Positions 31,878 through 47,826 of a stretch of DNA of 64,000 nucleotides are shown here, in pieces. Positions within the stretch are counted from its first letter, which is position 1, and every line of letters starts with the position of its first letter. Made by a program: the position numbers and the translations under genes. The notes below the pieces were generated by a model that did not search any database, had not been told where the DNA came from, and saw only the letters and a list, made by a program, of their open reading frames with translations. Source of the stretch: an uncultured delta proteobacterium (GTDB taxonomy: Bacteria > Myxococcota_A > Polyangia > Fen-1088); the NCBI GenBank assembly GCA_963767925.1, contig CAVYGB010000008.1, forward strand, positions 160,001 to 224,000, read 5' to 3'.

Positions 31878-31924
31878 GGTGCTGCCTTATAACTCAGGTC
31901 ATGGCCGGGCCGAGCGGCGCTCCC

Positions 31925-32821
31925 CTACTCGACATCGTCTCCCGCCATCGTCATGCGCCGGATGGGCAGCCGCTCGATGACCTGGGGGAGGGCGCGGTGG
32001 ATGTGGGACTCCAGGCGCCGCTTGGTGCGCAGGAAGAGCTCGCTCTCGAGGTGGGCGGGCTCGCGCGGACGGGGCACCCAGTTCTCCACCTGGGCCAGCA
32101 GGCGCCCCGGGTTGGCCCCCATCACGAGGACCCGGTCGGCCAGGAACACCGCCTCGTCGAGGTCGTGGGTGATGAAGACGACGGTGACGTCGACGTTGCG
32201 CCAGATCTGGATGAGGTGGCCCTGCATCTCGGCCCGGGTCTGGGCGTCGAGGGCCCCGAAGGGCTCGTCCATCACGAGGATGCGGGGACGGTTGACCAGG
32301 GCGCGGGCGATCGCCACCCGTTGTTTCATCCCGCCCGAGAGCTGGTGCGGGTAGGCGTTGGCAAAGTGACTCAGGCCAACCATCTCGACCCAGGGGCGGG
32401 CCTCCCGCTCGGCGACCGAGGGGTGCAGGCCGGCGATCTCGAGGCCGAACATCACGTTGCCCAGCACCGTGCGCCAGGGGAAGAGCGTGTAGCCCTGGAA
32501 CACCATGCCCCGGTCCGAGCCGGGCCCCTCCACCTCCTTGCCGTCGACCAGCACCCGCCCGCCGCTCGGGCGGTCGAGGCCGGCGATGATGCGGCCGATC
32601 GTGCTCTTGCCGCAGCCGGAGGGGCCGATCACACAGAGCAGCTCGCGGCGGTGCACCTTGAAAGAGAGCTGGTCGAGCGCCCGCACCGGGCCGTCTTCGC
32701 CCTCGAACACCCGGCAGATGCCGTCGACCTCCAGCACCACCGGCCGGGCGTAGACCTTGGCGAAGCGATCGCGCGCCGCCGGGGGCGGCTCCTCGAGCGC
32801 CGGCACCGCGGAGCTGCTCAC
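31925..32821 (-). CDS. ABC transporter ATP-binding protein (TauB/SsuB-like)
   Basis: GPSGCGKST, LSGGMKQR, MDEPFGALD; GTGA overlap with the permease. Confidence 0.92.
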   Translation of the reverse strand: MSSSAVPALEEPPPAARDRFAKVYARPVVLEVDGICRVFEGEDGPVRALDQLSFKVHRRELLCVIGPSGCGKSTIGRIIAGLDRPSGGRVLVDGKEVEGPGSDRGMVFQGYTLFPWRTVLGNVMFGLEIAGLHPSVAEREARPWVEMVGLSHFANAYPHQLSGGMKQRVAIARALVNRPRILVMDEPFGALDAQTRAEMQGHLIQIWRNVDVTVVFITHDLDEAVFLADRVLVMGANPGRLLAQVENWVPRPREPAHLESELFLRTKRRLESHIHRALPQVIERLPIRRMTMAGDDVE

Positions 32822-33855
32822 GTGGCCCCCGCCGAGGCGGTCGACTTGCCCAGCCGGGCCGGCAGCAGGGCCCGGAACATCCGGGGCAGCGAGGAGCGGC
32901 TCGCGGTGGGGTGCCAGGGGAACAGGTGGTGCGACAGGCGGGCCAGCAGCAGGTCCGTCCCCAGCCCGATCAGCCCGATCAGCATGATGCCGGCGTACAC
33001 GTTGGGGTAGTTGCGGTAGCGGGCCTGCTGGTTGATGAAGTAGGTGATGCCGGTGGTGGTGCCCACCAGCTCGGCCACGATGAGGTAGGTCCAGGCCCAG
33101 CCCAGCAGCACCCGCAGGTCGGTGTAGAGGTCGACGATCACCCCCGGCACGACCACCTTCCAGAGGAGCTGGCGCGGGCGGGCGCCCAGGGTCTGGGCCG
33201 CCTCGACCAGGCCGCCGTCGAGCCGGCGGGTCGTGTTGGCCACCACCAGCACCTGCTGGAAGAACGTCCCGATGAAGATGATGGCGACCTTGGGGGCGTC
33301 GTAGATGCCCAGCACCGCCACCGCAAGGGCGCCGAAGGCGGGAGCCGGCAGGTAGCGGAAGAACTCGATGAAGGGCTCGACCAGGCGCGAGCCGGCCGGG
33401 AAGGCCCCGCAGAGGATGCCGATCGGCACCCCCACCAGCGACGAGAGCAGAAAGCCCCAGAAGATGACCTGCAGGCTCCCCCAGAGGCTCTCGTGCAGCC
33501 ACGGCTCACCCGGCAGGCGCGGCGGGGTGCGGAAGGCGGCGTAGAGGGCGTGGCCAACCTCGTGGGGGGCGGGCAGATAGACCGGGTTGGCCGGCGAGCC
33601 AGTCGCGGGGGCCTTGCCCTCGGCCCGCGCCCGCTGGTTCTCCGCGGCGAAGGTCTCGCGGTCCAGCCGGGTCCCGGCCGGGTAGTCGGTCAGCCCACCC
33701 GGATCGGTGATCGCGACGTAGGGATGCCACAGAAAGGGCAGGTAGCTGAGCGCCGCCCACAGCAGCAGGGGCACGGTGAACGACGCCACCACCAGCAGCG
33801 CCCGCCGGGGGGGCGACACCGACTGGCGGATCGCGAGCCAGGGGGGTCGCGCCAT
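32818..33855 (-). CDS. ABC transporter permease
   Basis: FFRYLPAPAFG, EAAQTLGA (EAA loop), GWAWTYLIVAE. Confidence 0.92.
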   Translation of the reverse strand: MARPPWLAIRQSVSPPRRALLVVASFTVPLLLWAALSYLPFLWHPYVAITDPGGLTDYPAGTRLDRETFAAENQRARAEGKAPATGSPANPVYLPAPHEVGHALYAAFRTPPRLPGEPWLHESLWGSLQVIFWGFLLSSLVGVPIGILCGAFPAGSRLVEPFIEFFRYLPAPAFGALAVAVLGIYDAPKVAIIFIGTFFQQVLVVANTTRRLDGGLVEAAQTLGARPRQLLWKVVVPGVIVDLYTDLRVLLGWAWTYLIVAELVGTTTGITYFINQQARYRNYPNVYAGIMLIGLIGLGTDLLLARLSHHLFPWHPTASRSSLPRMFRALLPARLGKSTASAGAT

Positions 33856-33863
33856 GGGCCGCC

Positions 33864-34952
33864 TTACAGCGCGGTCACCAGGTCGGGGGCGATGTAGTCC
33901 TCGGCGGACTGGGAGGCCTGGTAGACCTTGTTGGCCATGTTGAAGTCGTCGGCGATCTTCGTCGAGCCGTAGATCGACTCGAGGCCGTCGCCCCGGGCGA
34001 AGCGCTTCTTGGCCTCCTCGAGCGACAGGAAGTAGGTGCCGGGGACGGCGGCGGCGTACTCCTCGGGCTTGACCCCCACCTTGGCCGCCATGATCGCCAC
34101 CGCGTCCGCCTGGGTCTTGCTGTCGCGCACGTAGTCCGAGACCCGGAACCAGACCTTGACCACCTTGGTCCAGTCGTCGCGCCGCTGGGCCAGGCTCTCC
34201 GGCTTGACCGCCAGCGTGTCGTAGATGAGGCCCGGGACGTCGGCGCTGCTGAACAGCGACTTTGCCCCCGGCACCGCCTGGCGGGCCTGCCCGGCCACCG
34301 GGTACCAGGCCGCCACCGCGCTGACCTGGCCCGAGGCGAGGGCCTGGGGCGTGTTGTTGGTGGGGAAGTTGACGAGCTGGACGTCGGCCGGCTTCATGCC
34401 GAACTTCTCGAGCGCCTTGAGGAAGAGCAGGTGGTCCACCAGGGTGAGCTCGAGGCCGACCTTCTTCCCCTTCAGATCCTTGAAGGACTTGATGCCGGGC
34501 TTGGCGATGACCTGGTCGTTGCCGTTGCTGTAGTCGTTGATGAGGATGATCTTGCTCTTGGCGCCGGCGGCCCCCGTGACCAGGGCGTCGCCGTTCGTCA
34601 CGGTGACGGCGTCGACCTTGCCGGCGGTGTACGCCTCGAGCGAGGGCAGGTAGTCGAACCAGGAGAACGCGACCTCGACGCCCGCCTCCTTGAACCAGCC
34701 CTTCTGGATGGCGATCTCCCAGGCGGTCCAGCCCGGCCAGTCGCTGTAGGCGATCCGCAGCGGCGCCCGGGCCGGAGCGGCGAGGGGGGCGGCGGGCGCC
34801 GCCGTCGGCGCGGGCGCGGGCGCCTCGCTGCTCGTCTTGCAGCCGACCAGGCCCACCAGGGCCGGGATCAGCAGCATCGGCGCGGCGAGCCGCCGGAAGG
34901 ACGATCGGGAACCGGACGCGAGCGATGGACCAGGCGCCGAGGACTTGAGCAC
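33864..34952 (-). CDS. ABC substrate-binding lipoprotein (urea-carboxylase-associated, likely guanidine)
   Basis: AAGAAAGGA RBS before GTG 34952; lipobox [21 protein letters not shown]. Confidence 0.88.
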   Translation of the reverse strand: MLKSSAPGPSLASGSRSSFRRLAAPMLLIPALVGLVGCKTSSEAPAPAPTAAPAAPLAAPARAPLRIAYSDWPGWTAWEIAIQKGWFKEAGVEVAFSWFDYLPSLEAYTAGKVDAVTVTNGDALVTGAAGAKSKIILINDYSNGNDQVIAKPGIKSFKDLKGKKVGLELTLVDHLLFLKALEKFGMKPADVQLVNFPTNNTPQALASGQVSAVAAWYPVAGQARQAVPGAKSLFSSADVPGLIYDTLAVKPESLAQRRDDWTKVVKVWFRVSDYVRDSKTQADAVAIMAAKVGVKPEEYAAAVPGTYFLSLEEAKKRFARGDGLESIYGSTKIADDFNMANKVYQASQSAEDYIAPDLVTAL

Positions 34953-35060
34953 GGTGATTCCTTTCTTGGGCAGAGCTTGCGGGCTCTGCACCGCCGCGAT
35001 GGGCAGATCGGGACGAGCCCGTCGTTGCCCTTCGTGGCCCTGCGTTCGTGAGCCCGCCGA
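34953..35060 (-). ncRNA. Candidate structured 5' leader (possible non-canonical guanidine riboswitch)
   Basis: Possible H-type pseudoknot GGGCA-ACGA-CGGGCUC-9nt-UGCCC-14nt-GAGCCCG, competing with hairpin GCAGAGC/GCUCUGC next to the SD; location is typical of guanidine riboswitches; no canonical match. Confidence 0.3.
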
Positions 35061-35218
35061 GCCAGCGGCGACCCACCCCCCCTGGCGAGAATCTTTACCC
35101 GCGACCGTGTTTCACTCGGGTATCTCGGCGGTAAAGGTTCTTCGCCGGCGCGCAATCGGGCGGGCGCGCCGCCGGGCGTCTTCCATCGCAGCGGGCGTCC
35201 TCCGCGAGGAGGGCACCC

Positions 35219-36322
35219 TCACGGCTCCAGCCGCACCACCCGGTTGTTTCCCGAGTCGGCGATGAGGAGGCGCCGGCTCGCGTCCTCGAACACCCCGTGC
35301 GGGCGATTCAGCCCTTCGGCCAGGAGCACGATGCCCATCCCCGGGACGTATTTGCGCAGGCGATCGCTCTCGGTGTCGGCGATGAGGATGTTGTCGTCGG
35401 CGTCGACCGAGATGCGCTTGGGCGCGTCAACCGCGCCCGGCAGGTTCGTCACCGCGCCGGCGAGGTCGATTCTCTTGATCACGTTGCCTCCGTTCTGCAC
35501 GACGTAGAGGTTGCCCTGCGAATCGACGGTCACCACGCGGGGCGAGGGGGTGGCGACGCCGGTGACGGCCAGCGAGGTGAGGTCGATGATCTCGATGCGG
35601 CCGCCGCCCGTGTTGGTGAGGTAGAGGCGCTTCCCCGCCCGATCGAAGGCGAGGCAATAGGCGCCGCGCAGGCCGGGGATCAGGCGCGTGCCGGCGCCGG
35701 CGAAGGGCTCGATCGCGCCGCTGTCCGCGTCGAAGCGCAGGACCCGGTTGCCGAAGGTGTCGGCGACGAACAGGGAGCGGGTGCCCGGGCGAAACAGCAG
35801 GTCGTGGGGACGGTCGAGCCGGACGGCGCCGGCCGGGCCGCTGGCGCCCGGTCCCATCACGGTGTGGATGTTCCCCTGGGCGTCGATCCGCCGGACCCGC
35901 CCCCGTCCATATTCGGCGATGTAGATCTCGCCGGTCCGGGGATCGGTCACCGCGCCGAAGGGCTCCGCGAGGCGTGCCTGGCTGGCCGGGATGCCGTCGG
36001 CGTCCATGTCCCCGCCGGCCAGCACGACCAGGGTTCCCCGCCCGGGAGCGGGGGGCAGCGCCGGGGGCGCGTCCGCCGGGCCAGCGGCGTCCCCCTCCCC
36101 GGGGCCGGCGGCATCCGCGGCGGTGTCCGCCGCAGCGTCGATCGCACCGTCCCCGGCGGCGGTCCTGGCATCCGGCGATGGCGCCGGCGCCGCCGCGTCC
36201 ACCCTGCCCACGGTCTCCGACATGGCGTCCAGCGGGCCGGCCGCCGGCGTGGAATCGGAGCAAGCCGAGGTAACCAGGGACAAAGCGGCCAGGACGGAGA
36301 GCGACGTCTTCTTCACGTCCAT
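35219..36322 (-). CDS. NHL-repeat beta-propeller lipoprotein
   Basis: Lipobox TSAC; Ala/Asp/Pro linker; LAEPFG, PHDL, IADT, RPHGV NHL repeats. Confidence 0.85.
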   Translation of the reverse strand: MDVKKTSLSVLAALSLVTSACSDSTPAAGPLDAMSETVGRVDAAAPAPSPDARTAAGDGAIDAAADTAADAAGPGEGDAAGPADAPPALPPAPGRGTLVVLAGGDMDADGIPASQARLAEPFGAVTDPRTGEIYIAEYGRGRVRRIDAQGNIHTVMGPGASGPAGAVRLDRPHDLLFRPGTRSLFVADTFGNRVLRFDADSGAIEPFAGAGTRLIPGLRGAYCLAFDRAGKRLYLTNTGGGRIEIIDLTSLAVTGVATPSPRVVTVDSQGNLYVVQNGGNVIKRIDLAGAVTNLPGAVDAPKRISVDADDNILIADTESDRLRKYVPGMGIVLLAEGLNRPHGVFEDASRRLLIADSGNNRVVRLEP

Positions 36323-36394
36323 GAAGTGACGTGGTGCCCGCGCCACCGTGCGACGGTCGCTACCGCATAGAGTCACAATAACTGTAATACAGAT

Positions 36395-36403
36395 TGCTAT
36401 AAT
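36395..36403 (+). promoter_or_regulatory. Candidate extended -10 promoter TGCTATAAT
   Basis: TGn-TATAAT in an AT-rich divergent intergenic region, 80 nt upstream of the kinase start. Confidence 0.5.
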
Positions 36404-36482
36404 AGACGTGGAAACGATGGATCTGGAAACGTTTGCCCGGGACCGCCGCGGCTTCCTCACAACCATCAGTGAGCGCTGATCG

Positions 36483-38261
36483 ATGCACGCGCTGCTCAGG
36501 CGGCAGCTCGAGCGCCTCGACGTCGACGCCCAGCACCCGCCCTCGCCCCAGGCCTGGCGGGCGCTGATCGACGAGATCAGCCAGACCTACTCCGAGACCG
36601 ACCAGGTCGAGAGCCTGGGGGTCCTGCACGCCATCCACGAGGCGGCGCCCGACGGCATCCTCCTCATCGGCCCCGACCGCCGGGTGCTCGGGTTCAACCG
36701 CCGCTTCGCCCGCCTATGGAGGATGCCGGCCGGGCTGATGTCGGCCCGCGACGACGACAAGCTCCTCTCTTACGTCCTGCACCTCATGTCGGACCCCGAC
36801 GAGTTCATCCGGCGCGTGCTCCACCTCTACGAGCACCCGAGCGAGTCGAGCCGGGAGGAGATCAGGCTGGTCGACGGCCGGGTGCTCGACCGCTACTCGG
36901 CGCCGGTCCCCTCCGACCGGGGCGCCTGCGGGCGGGTGTGGTTCTTCCGGGACATCACCGCCCAGCGCTCGGCCGAGGAGGCCCTGCGCGAGCTGAACAG
37001 CCAGCTCGAGGAGCGGGTGGTGGAGCGGACCCGGGCCCTGGCCCAGGCCAACGGCGAGCTCGACGAGAACCTGCGCAAGCTGCGCGACACCCAGGAACAG
37101 CTCCTGCACGCCGGGCGGATGGCGGCGGTGGGGACGCTGGCCGCGGGCGTGGCCCACGAGATCAACAACCCCCTCACCTTCGTGATGAACAACCTGGGCT
37201 TCATCCGCGAGCAGCTCGACAGCCTGTGGGACGCCCAGCAGGTCCCCCCCGCCCAGACCCGGGAGATCCGCCAGGCCCTCGAGGACGTGGCCGACGGGGC
37301 CGAACGGGTGCGAGTCATCGTGCGCGACCTGCGGATCATGTCCCGCCCTCAGCCCGAGCAGCGCGCCCCGGTCGACGTCAACGGCGCCCTCGAGACCGCG
37401 GTGGGCTTCGCCGGCAATGAGCTGCGGCACCGGGCCCGGGTGGTGTGGAACCTGGGCGACGTCCCGGCGGTGTCGGCCAACGAGGCCCGCCTGGGGCAGG
37501 TGTTCCTCAACCTGATCGTCAACGCCGCCCAGGCGCTGCCCGACGAGGCGGCGCAGCGCAACGAGATCCGGGTGAGCAGCCGACTCGAGGACAATCAGGT
37601 TATCGTCGAGGTGGCGGACAACGGGGTGGGCATCCCCCGCGAGCACCTGCCCCGTCTCTTCGATCCCTTCTTCACCACCAAGCCGGCCGGCAAGGGCACC
37701 GGCCTGGGCCTCTCGATCTGCCACGCCATCGTCACCGGTCTCGGCGGGCGGATCGCAGTGGACAGCGCGGTGGGGCTGGGCAGCACCTTCCGGGTGGTGC
37801 TCCCGGCTGGCGTGCAGGATCTCCCCGAGATCCCCCGCCGGGCCAACCCGGCGGGCGGGGGCGGGCCGCGGGGCCGGGTCCTGGTGCTCGACGACGAGGA
37901 GCAGGTCGGAAAATCAATCCGCCGGGTCCTCAACGAGGACCACGAGGTGATCTGCGCCCGCAACGTGCGCGACGCCCTGGCCCTGATGGACGCGGCGGGG
38001 GCCTTCGACGTCGTCCTCTGCGATCTGATGATGCCCGGCCTGACGGGGATGAAGGAGTTCTACTCCGAGGTGAAGGACCGGCACCCCGAGTTCACCGACC
38101 GGATCGTCTTCATGGCCGGCACCTCCACCCCCGCGGGCGACGCCTTCCTGGCCCGCACCGGCAACCGCTGCATCGAGAAGCCCTGCGACCCGGCCAACCT
38201 CCGGGCGGTGGTGGCCGAGCTCGTCGCCCACCACCGCTCGCCCCGCCGGGCCGCCGGCTGA
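36483..38261 (+). CDS. Hybrid PAS-HisKA-HATPase-REC kinase
   Basis: PAS (DGILL..NRRF..W), [18 protein letters not shown]-terminal REC (CDLMMP). Confidence 0.92.
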   Translation: MHALLRRQLERLDVDAQHPPSPQAWRALIDEISQTYSETDQVESLGVLHAIHEAAPDGILLIGPDRRVLGFNRRFARLWRMPAGLMSARDDDKLLSYVLHLMSDPDEFIRRVLHLYEHPSESSREEIRLVDGRVLDRYSAPVPSDRGACGRVWFFRDITAQRSAEEALRELNSQLEERVVERTRALAQANGELDENLRKLRDTQEQLLHAGRMAAVGTLAAGVAHEINNPLTFVMNNLGFIREQLDSLWDAQQVPPAQTREIRQALEDVADGAERVRVIVRDLRIMSRPQPEQRAPVDVNGALETAVGFAGNELRHRARVVWNLGDVPAVSANEARLGQVFLNLIVNAAQALPDEAAQRNEIRVSSRLEDNQVIVEVADNGVGIPREHLPRLFDPFFTTKPAGKGTGLGLSICHAIVTGLGGRIAVDSAVGLGSTFRVVLPAGVQDLPEIPRRANPAGGGGPRGRVLVLDDEEQVGKSIRRVLNEDHEVICARNVRDALALMDAAGAFDVVLCDLMMPGLTGMKEFYSEVKDRHPEFTDRIVFMAGTSTPAGDAFLARTGNRCIEKPCDPANLRAVVAELVAHHRSPRRAAG

Positions 38262-38267
38262 GCCGGG

Positions 38268-38978
38268 CTACCGGGCCCGTTCCAGGGCCCGGCGTTCGCG
38301 GCGGCGGCGCTTGCGGGCGTCGCGGGAGGACTCGCCGGGCAGGCGCATCTCGATGTGGACGCCGCCCATGAGGGCCAGGCCGGTCACCCGGAGCAGCGGC
38401 GCACCGGGGTCGGGCTGGGCGGGCGCGCGATCGACGTGATCGAAGCCGCCCATGATGGCGATCCCCTCGGACTCCACCGGCAGGTGAGGGGGCACGATGA
38501 TCTCGACCCCGCCCATCAGCGCGGCCACCCGCAGCTCGATCGGCCCGGGGGGCAGCCAGGCTTCGCGCAGGTCCAGCTTGGCGCCGCCCATCACCACGCC
38601 GACGTTGAGCGAGCGCGGCACCGTCCAGCTCCCCTTGCGCTCCATGCCGCCCATCACGGTGAACACCGTGCCCCGCTGCTTGACCGAGTGGGGCTGCAAC
38701 ACCGACCGGGTGGCGGGGGCCGGGGCCGGGGCGGCCGGGCGGTTCGGGCGCGCGGGCAGGTCGGCCACCAGCGACTGGATCTCGGTCAGGCTGTCGCTCC
38801 GCTGGGCCACCGTGACCCGGCGCTCGAACTCCTCGACGTCGATGAGATCGGTGGCGAAGGCTTCGCTCAGGCGGGCGATGGTCTGATCCCGAATGATGGT
38901 CGCCGGCCGCAGCGTGGTCACTCCGGGCGCGGCCAGCGTGCCACCGGCGGAACGTTCCCCATCCATGATCGGCATCAT
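38268..38978 (-). CDS. DUF1707 plus LiaF/DUF2154-like domain protein
   Basis: RDQTIARLSEAFA..LIDVEEFERRV...LVADLP; repeated MGG motifs (MGGAKLDLR, MGGVEIIVP). Confidence 0.8.
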   Translation of the reverse strand: MMPIMDGERSAGGTLAAPGVTTLRPATIIRDQTIARLSEAFATDLIDVEEFERRVTVAQRSDSLTEIQSLVADLPARPNRPAAPAPAPATRSVLQPHSVKQRGTVFTVMGGMERKGSWTVPRSLNVGVVMGGAKLDLREAWLPPGPIELRVAALMGGVEIIVPPHLPVESEGIAIMGGFDHVDRAPAQPDPGAPLLRVTGLALMGGVHIEMRLPGESSRDARKRRRRERRALERAR

Positions 38979-39039
38979 GGTCTCTCGCGGCTCGAATGCA
39001 AGCGGGGGTAGACGGGAGCTATTTTCGCGCCGCTGACCG

Positions 39040-40782
39040 TCAGTGCTCGGCGCTCAGCGGGGCGCCGCTGCCGTCGCTGGCGGTCGGGGACACGCTGGCC
39101 CCCACTGGCAGCACGACGGTGAACTCGGCGCCCTGGTTGGGCTTGCTCACCGCCCGGATGTCGCCGCCGTGGGCGGCCACGATCTGCCGGGCGATGTACA
39201 GCCCCAGCCCCAGGCCACCGTAGGTCGGAGAGGCCGCCCGCTCGAAGCGCTCGAAGATGTGGGGCAACTTGTCGGGATCGATGCCGATCCCCTGGTCCCG
39301 CACCCGCAGCACCGCCGAGTCGCCCTCCCCGCCGACCGTCACCAGCACCGGCTTGCCCCGGCCATATTTCAGGGCATTGGCCACCAGGTTGGTGACGAGC
39401 TGCTCGACCCGGATGCGGTCCCAGTGCCCGACCACCGGCTGTTCGGCCTGGATCTCCAGGGCGCAGCTCGCCCGGGCGATCTCCTCGCCAAAGCGGCTCA
39501 GCACCTCGCGCACCACCTCGCTGAGGTCGACCTGGTCGAGGTTGAGGTTGAGCGCGCCGGCCGAGATGCGCGACACATCGAGGAGGGAATCGATCAGCTT
39601 GGCCAGCCGCTGGAGCTGGCGCTCACACTTGGTCAGGGTCTCGCGCAGCTTGTCCGGGTTGGTCGACTCGACCCGCCGCTCGGGGTGGAGCAGCTTCTGG
39701 AAGTGGAGCAGCAAGGGGGTGAGCGGCGTGCGCAGCTCGTGCGAGGCGATGGAGAGGAACTCCTCCCGCAGGGCGACGGCCCGGCGGGCTTCCTTGTACA
39801 GCCGGGCGTTGTCGAAGGCGAAGGCGATGCGGTGGGCGAGATCCCGGGCCATCTCCAGATCTTCGGCCATGTAGCTCTCGGCCCGCCCGGTGAACAGCGC
39901 CAGGGAGCCCACGGCATGGTTGGCCAGGGCGATCGGCACCCGCAAGAAGGAGCGGCAGCCGGCCCGGCTCAGCAGGCGGGCCACCTCCGGATCCTCGAGC
40001 CGCTGGCGCAGGTCCTTCTCCTCGAGCCCGGCCGCCAGCTCGGTGCTCTCGGCCCGCAGCAGGCCCTCCAGGCCCGAGTCGTGGGCGGCGAGGCGCCGCC
40101 GCAACTCGGCCATCACCTCGTCCCGCTGCGAGTCGGCGTGTTTCAGGAAGAGGTGGGCCCCCAGGGCCCCCTCTCCGTCGCTGGCCTCCAGGAAACACCA
40201 GTCGGCGGTCCCCTGCACCGACAACGCCACCACCCCGGCGAGCGCCGGCCCCAGCTCGAGCGAGCTCAGGAGAGCTTCGCTCGCGTTGGCCAGGAAGCGG
40301 TGGCGCTCCTCGGTCTGGCGGCGCTGCTCGCGCAAGGCTTGCTCGCCCCGTTGCCGCTCCGCCTCCCGAAGCTTCTGCTCCTGCCGCCGGATCTGCTGCG
40401 ACTTGCGGTAGAGGTCTACGAACACCGCCACCTTGGCCCGCACCACGTCGGGGTCGATCGGTTTGATGAGGTAGTCGACCGCCCCCACCGAATAGGCCTT
40501 GTAGATGAGGCTGACGTCGCTGGCGTTGGCCGTGAGGAAGACGATGGGCGTGTCCCGGGAGGCCTCCCGCGCCCGCACCAGGCTGGCGGTCTCGAACCCG
40601 TCCATGCGGGGCATCATCACGTCGAGCAGGATGAGGGCGAAGTCGTGCTTGAGCACGAACTTGAGCGCCTCGGCCCCCGAGTGGGCCCTGACGATCCGGT
40701 ACTCCGGCTTGCTGAGGATGCCCTCGAGCGCCACCAGATTCTCGGGGTGGTCGTCGACGGCGAGGATGTCCACGGGCTCCAT
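39040..40782 (-). CDS. Hybrid REC-GAF-histidine kinase
   Basis: ILAVDDHPENL, LLDVMMP, GAVDYLIKP; GAF (ADWC...LAHRIAFAFDNARLY); ASHELRTPL. Confidence 0.92.
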   Translation of the reverse strand: MEPVDILAVDDHPENLVALEGILSKPEYRIVRAHSGAEALKFVLKHDFALILLDVMMPRMDGFETASLVRAREASRDTPIVFLTANASDVSLIYKAYSVGAVDYLIKPIDPDVVRAKVAVFVDLYRKSQQIRRQEQKLREAERQRGEQALREQRRQTEERHRFLANASEALLSSLELGPALAGVVALSVQGTADWCFLEASDGEGALGAHLFLKHADSQRDEVMAELRRRLAAHDSGLEGLLRAESTELAAGLEEKDLRQRLEDPEVARLLSRAGCRSFLRVPIALANHAVGSLALFTGRAESYMAEDLEMARDLAHRIAFAFDNARLYKEARRAVALREEFLSIASHELRTPLTPLLLHFQKLLHPERRVESTNPDKLRETLTKCERQLQRLAKLIDSLLDVSRISAGALNLNLDQVDLSEVVREVLSRFGEEIARASCALEIQAEQPVVGHWDRIRVEQLVTNLVANALKYGRGKPVLVTVGGEGDSAVLRVRDQGIGIDPDKLPHIFERFERAASPTYGGLGLGLYIARQIVAAHGGDIRAVSKPNQGAEFTVVLPVGASVSPTASDGSGAPLSAEH

Positions 40783-40803
40783 CAGGATTCAGGTCTTCCT
40801 GGA

Positions 40804-46869
<6,066 letters not shown>

Positions 46870-47059
46870 GGGTCCCCTCCAAGCGGGTGCAACGAATGGA
46901 GTGCGATCGTACGCTGAAACGCAGGGAAACGCCTATAGGGCACCGGCGTATAAGGAGCAGTCCCATGGCCAAGGGGACTTACCTATTTTCGCCCCACCGG
47001 CCGCAGGGATCCGGTCCGATGAGCAGCCCCGGTTCCTTCCGGGTACCATCCGACTCGCC

Positions 47060-47431
47060 GTGACGGTCCTGGTAATCGACGATGACGACGGCGTCCGGGA
47101 GGCCATCCTCGACGTGCTGGAGGGAGCGGGGGTCCAGGCCCGCGGTGTGGCCAGCGGCGCGGAGGCGTTCTCCTACCTCGACGACAACCCCGTCCCCCGG
47201 CTCATCCTCCTCGACCTCGTCCTGCCCGACATGGCGGGCAGCGAGATCCGGAACCGCCTGCTCGCGCTCCCCCGGCTAGCCGGCGTGCCGGTCGTGCTCA
47301 TGAGCGCCAGCAGCAACCTGGAGGTGGAGGAGTCCTGCCAGCAGCTCGCCGGCCGCCTCCGCAAACCGTTCGAGCTGGAAACCCTGCTGGGGGTGGTCGG
47401 GCAGTTCGTCGCGGTCACGCCGGACGAATAG
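47060..47431 (+). CDS. Single-domain response regulator
   Basis: VLVIDDD, LLDLVLPDM, MSA, LRKPF; start (GTG 47060) inferred. Confidence 0.85.
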   Translation: MTVLVIDDDDGVREAILDVLEGAGVQARGVASGAEAFSYLDDNPVPRLILLDLVLPDMAGSEIRNRLLALPRLAGVPVVLMSASSNLEVEESCQQLAGRLRKPFELETLLGVVGQFVAVTPDE

Positions 47432-47504
47432 CCGGCGCGCGGGAGCTGGTGCAGAACCGCTGAAAGAAAGCGCCCGAGCGCCCCCGCCCCCCCGGCGAGC
47501 GGCC

Positions 47505-47774
47505 TCAGGCCGCGCGCGAGTAGGGGGTCCGCCGGCCGGCCCGCTTGAGGTCCCGGACCTGGGCCTGCTCGACGAGGTTTGCCACGTCGGCCCGGCGGGT
47601 CCGCCCCAGCCAGCGGCCCACGGTCCGGGTCGCCAGGTTGGCCACCACGTCCGGGTCCGAGGTCACGATCTCTGCCCGATCGAACGCGGCAGCGACGAGC
47701 TCACCGAAGCTCACGACCTTGCCCTCGACCGGTTTCCCTGCCCGAATTCGCGAAGAAGAAGATGCGTTTGCCAT
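47505..47774 (-). CDS. Small hypothetical protein (89 aa)
   Basis: TAAGGAG RBS before ATG 47774; SFGELVAAAFDRA..VTSDP..VA.LATR; sigma-54 promoter upstream. Confidence 0.7.
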   Translation of the reverse strand: MANASSSSRIRAGKPVEGKVVSFGELVAAAFDRAEIVTSDPDVVANLATRTVGRWLGRTRRADVANLVEQAQVRDLKRAGRRTPYSRAA

Positions 47775-47810
47775 GTTCGTAGACTCCTTACCAACCGACT
47801 CGATACCCAC

Positions 47811-47826
47811 AGCAAGCGTCGTTCCA
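47811..47826 (-). promoter_or_regulatory. Sigma-54 (-24/-12) promoter
   Basis: TGGAACG-ACGC-TTGCT, GG-N10-GC spacing, one mismatch to TGGCACG-N4-TTGC. Confidence 0.7.

Noticed and set aside
34953..35218. Canonical guanidine-I or guanidine-II riboswitch, or ANTAR hairpins
   Set aside because: No intact CUAGGGUUCCG or GGGAUAAAAGCCCGGGAG elements, no stems closing ACGR tetraloops, and GGCAACG lacks its pairing GCC.
36382..36392. LexA SOS box
   Set aside because: The CTGT-N3-ACAG spacing does not fit CTGT-N8-ACAG.
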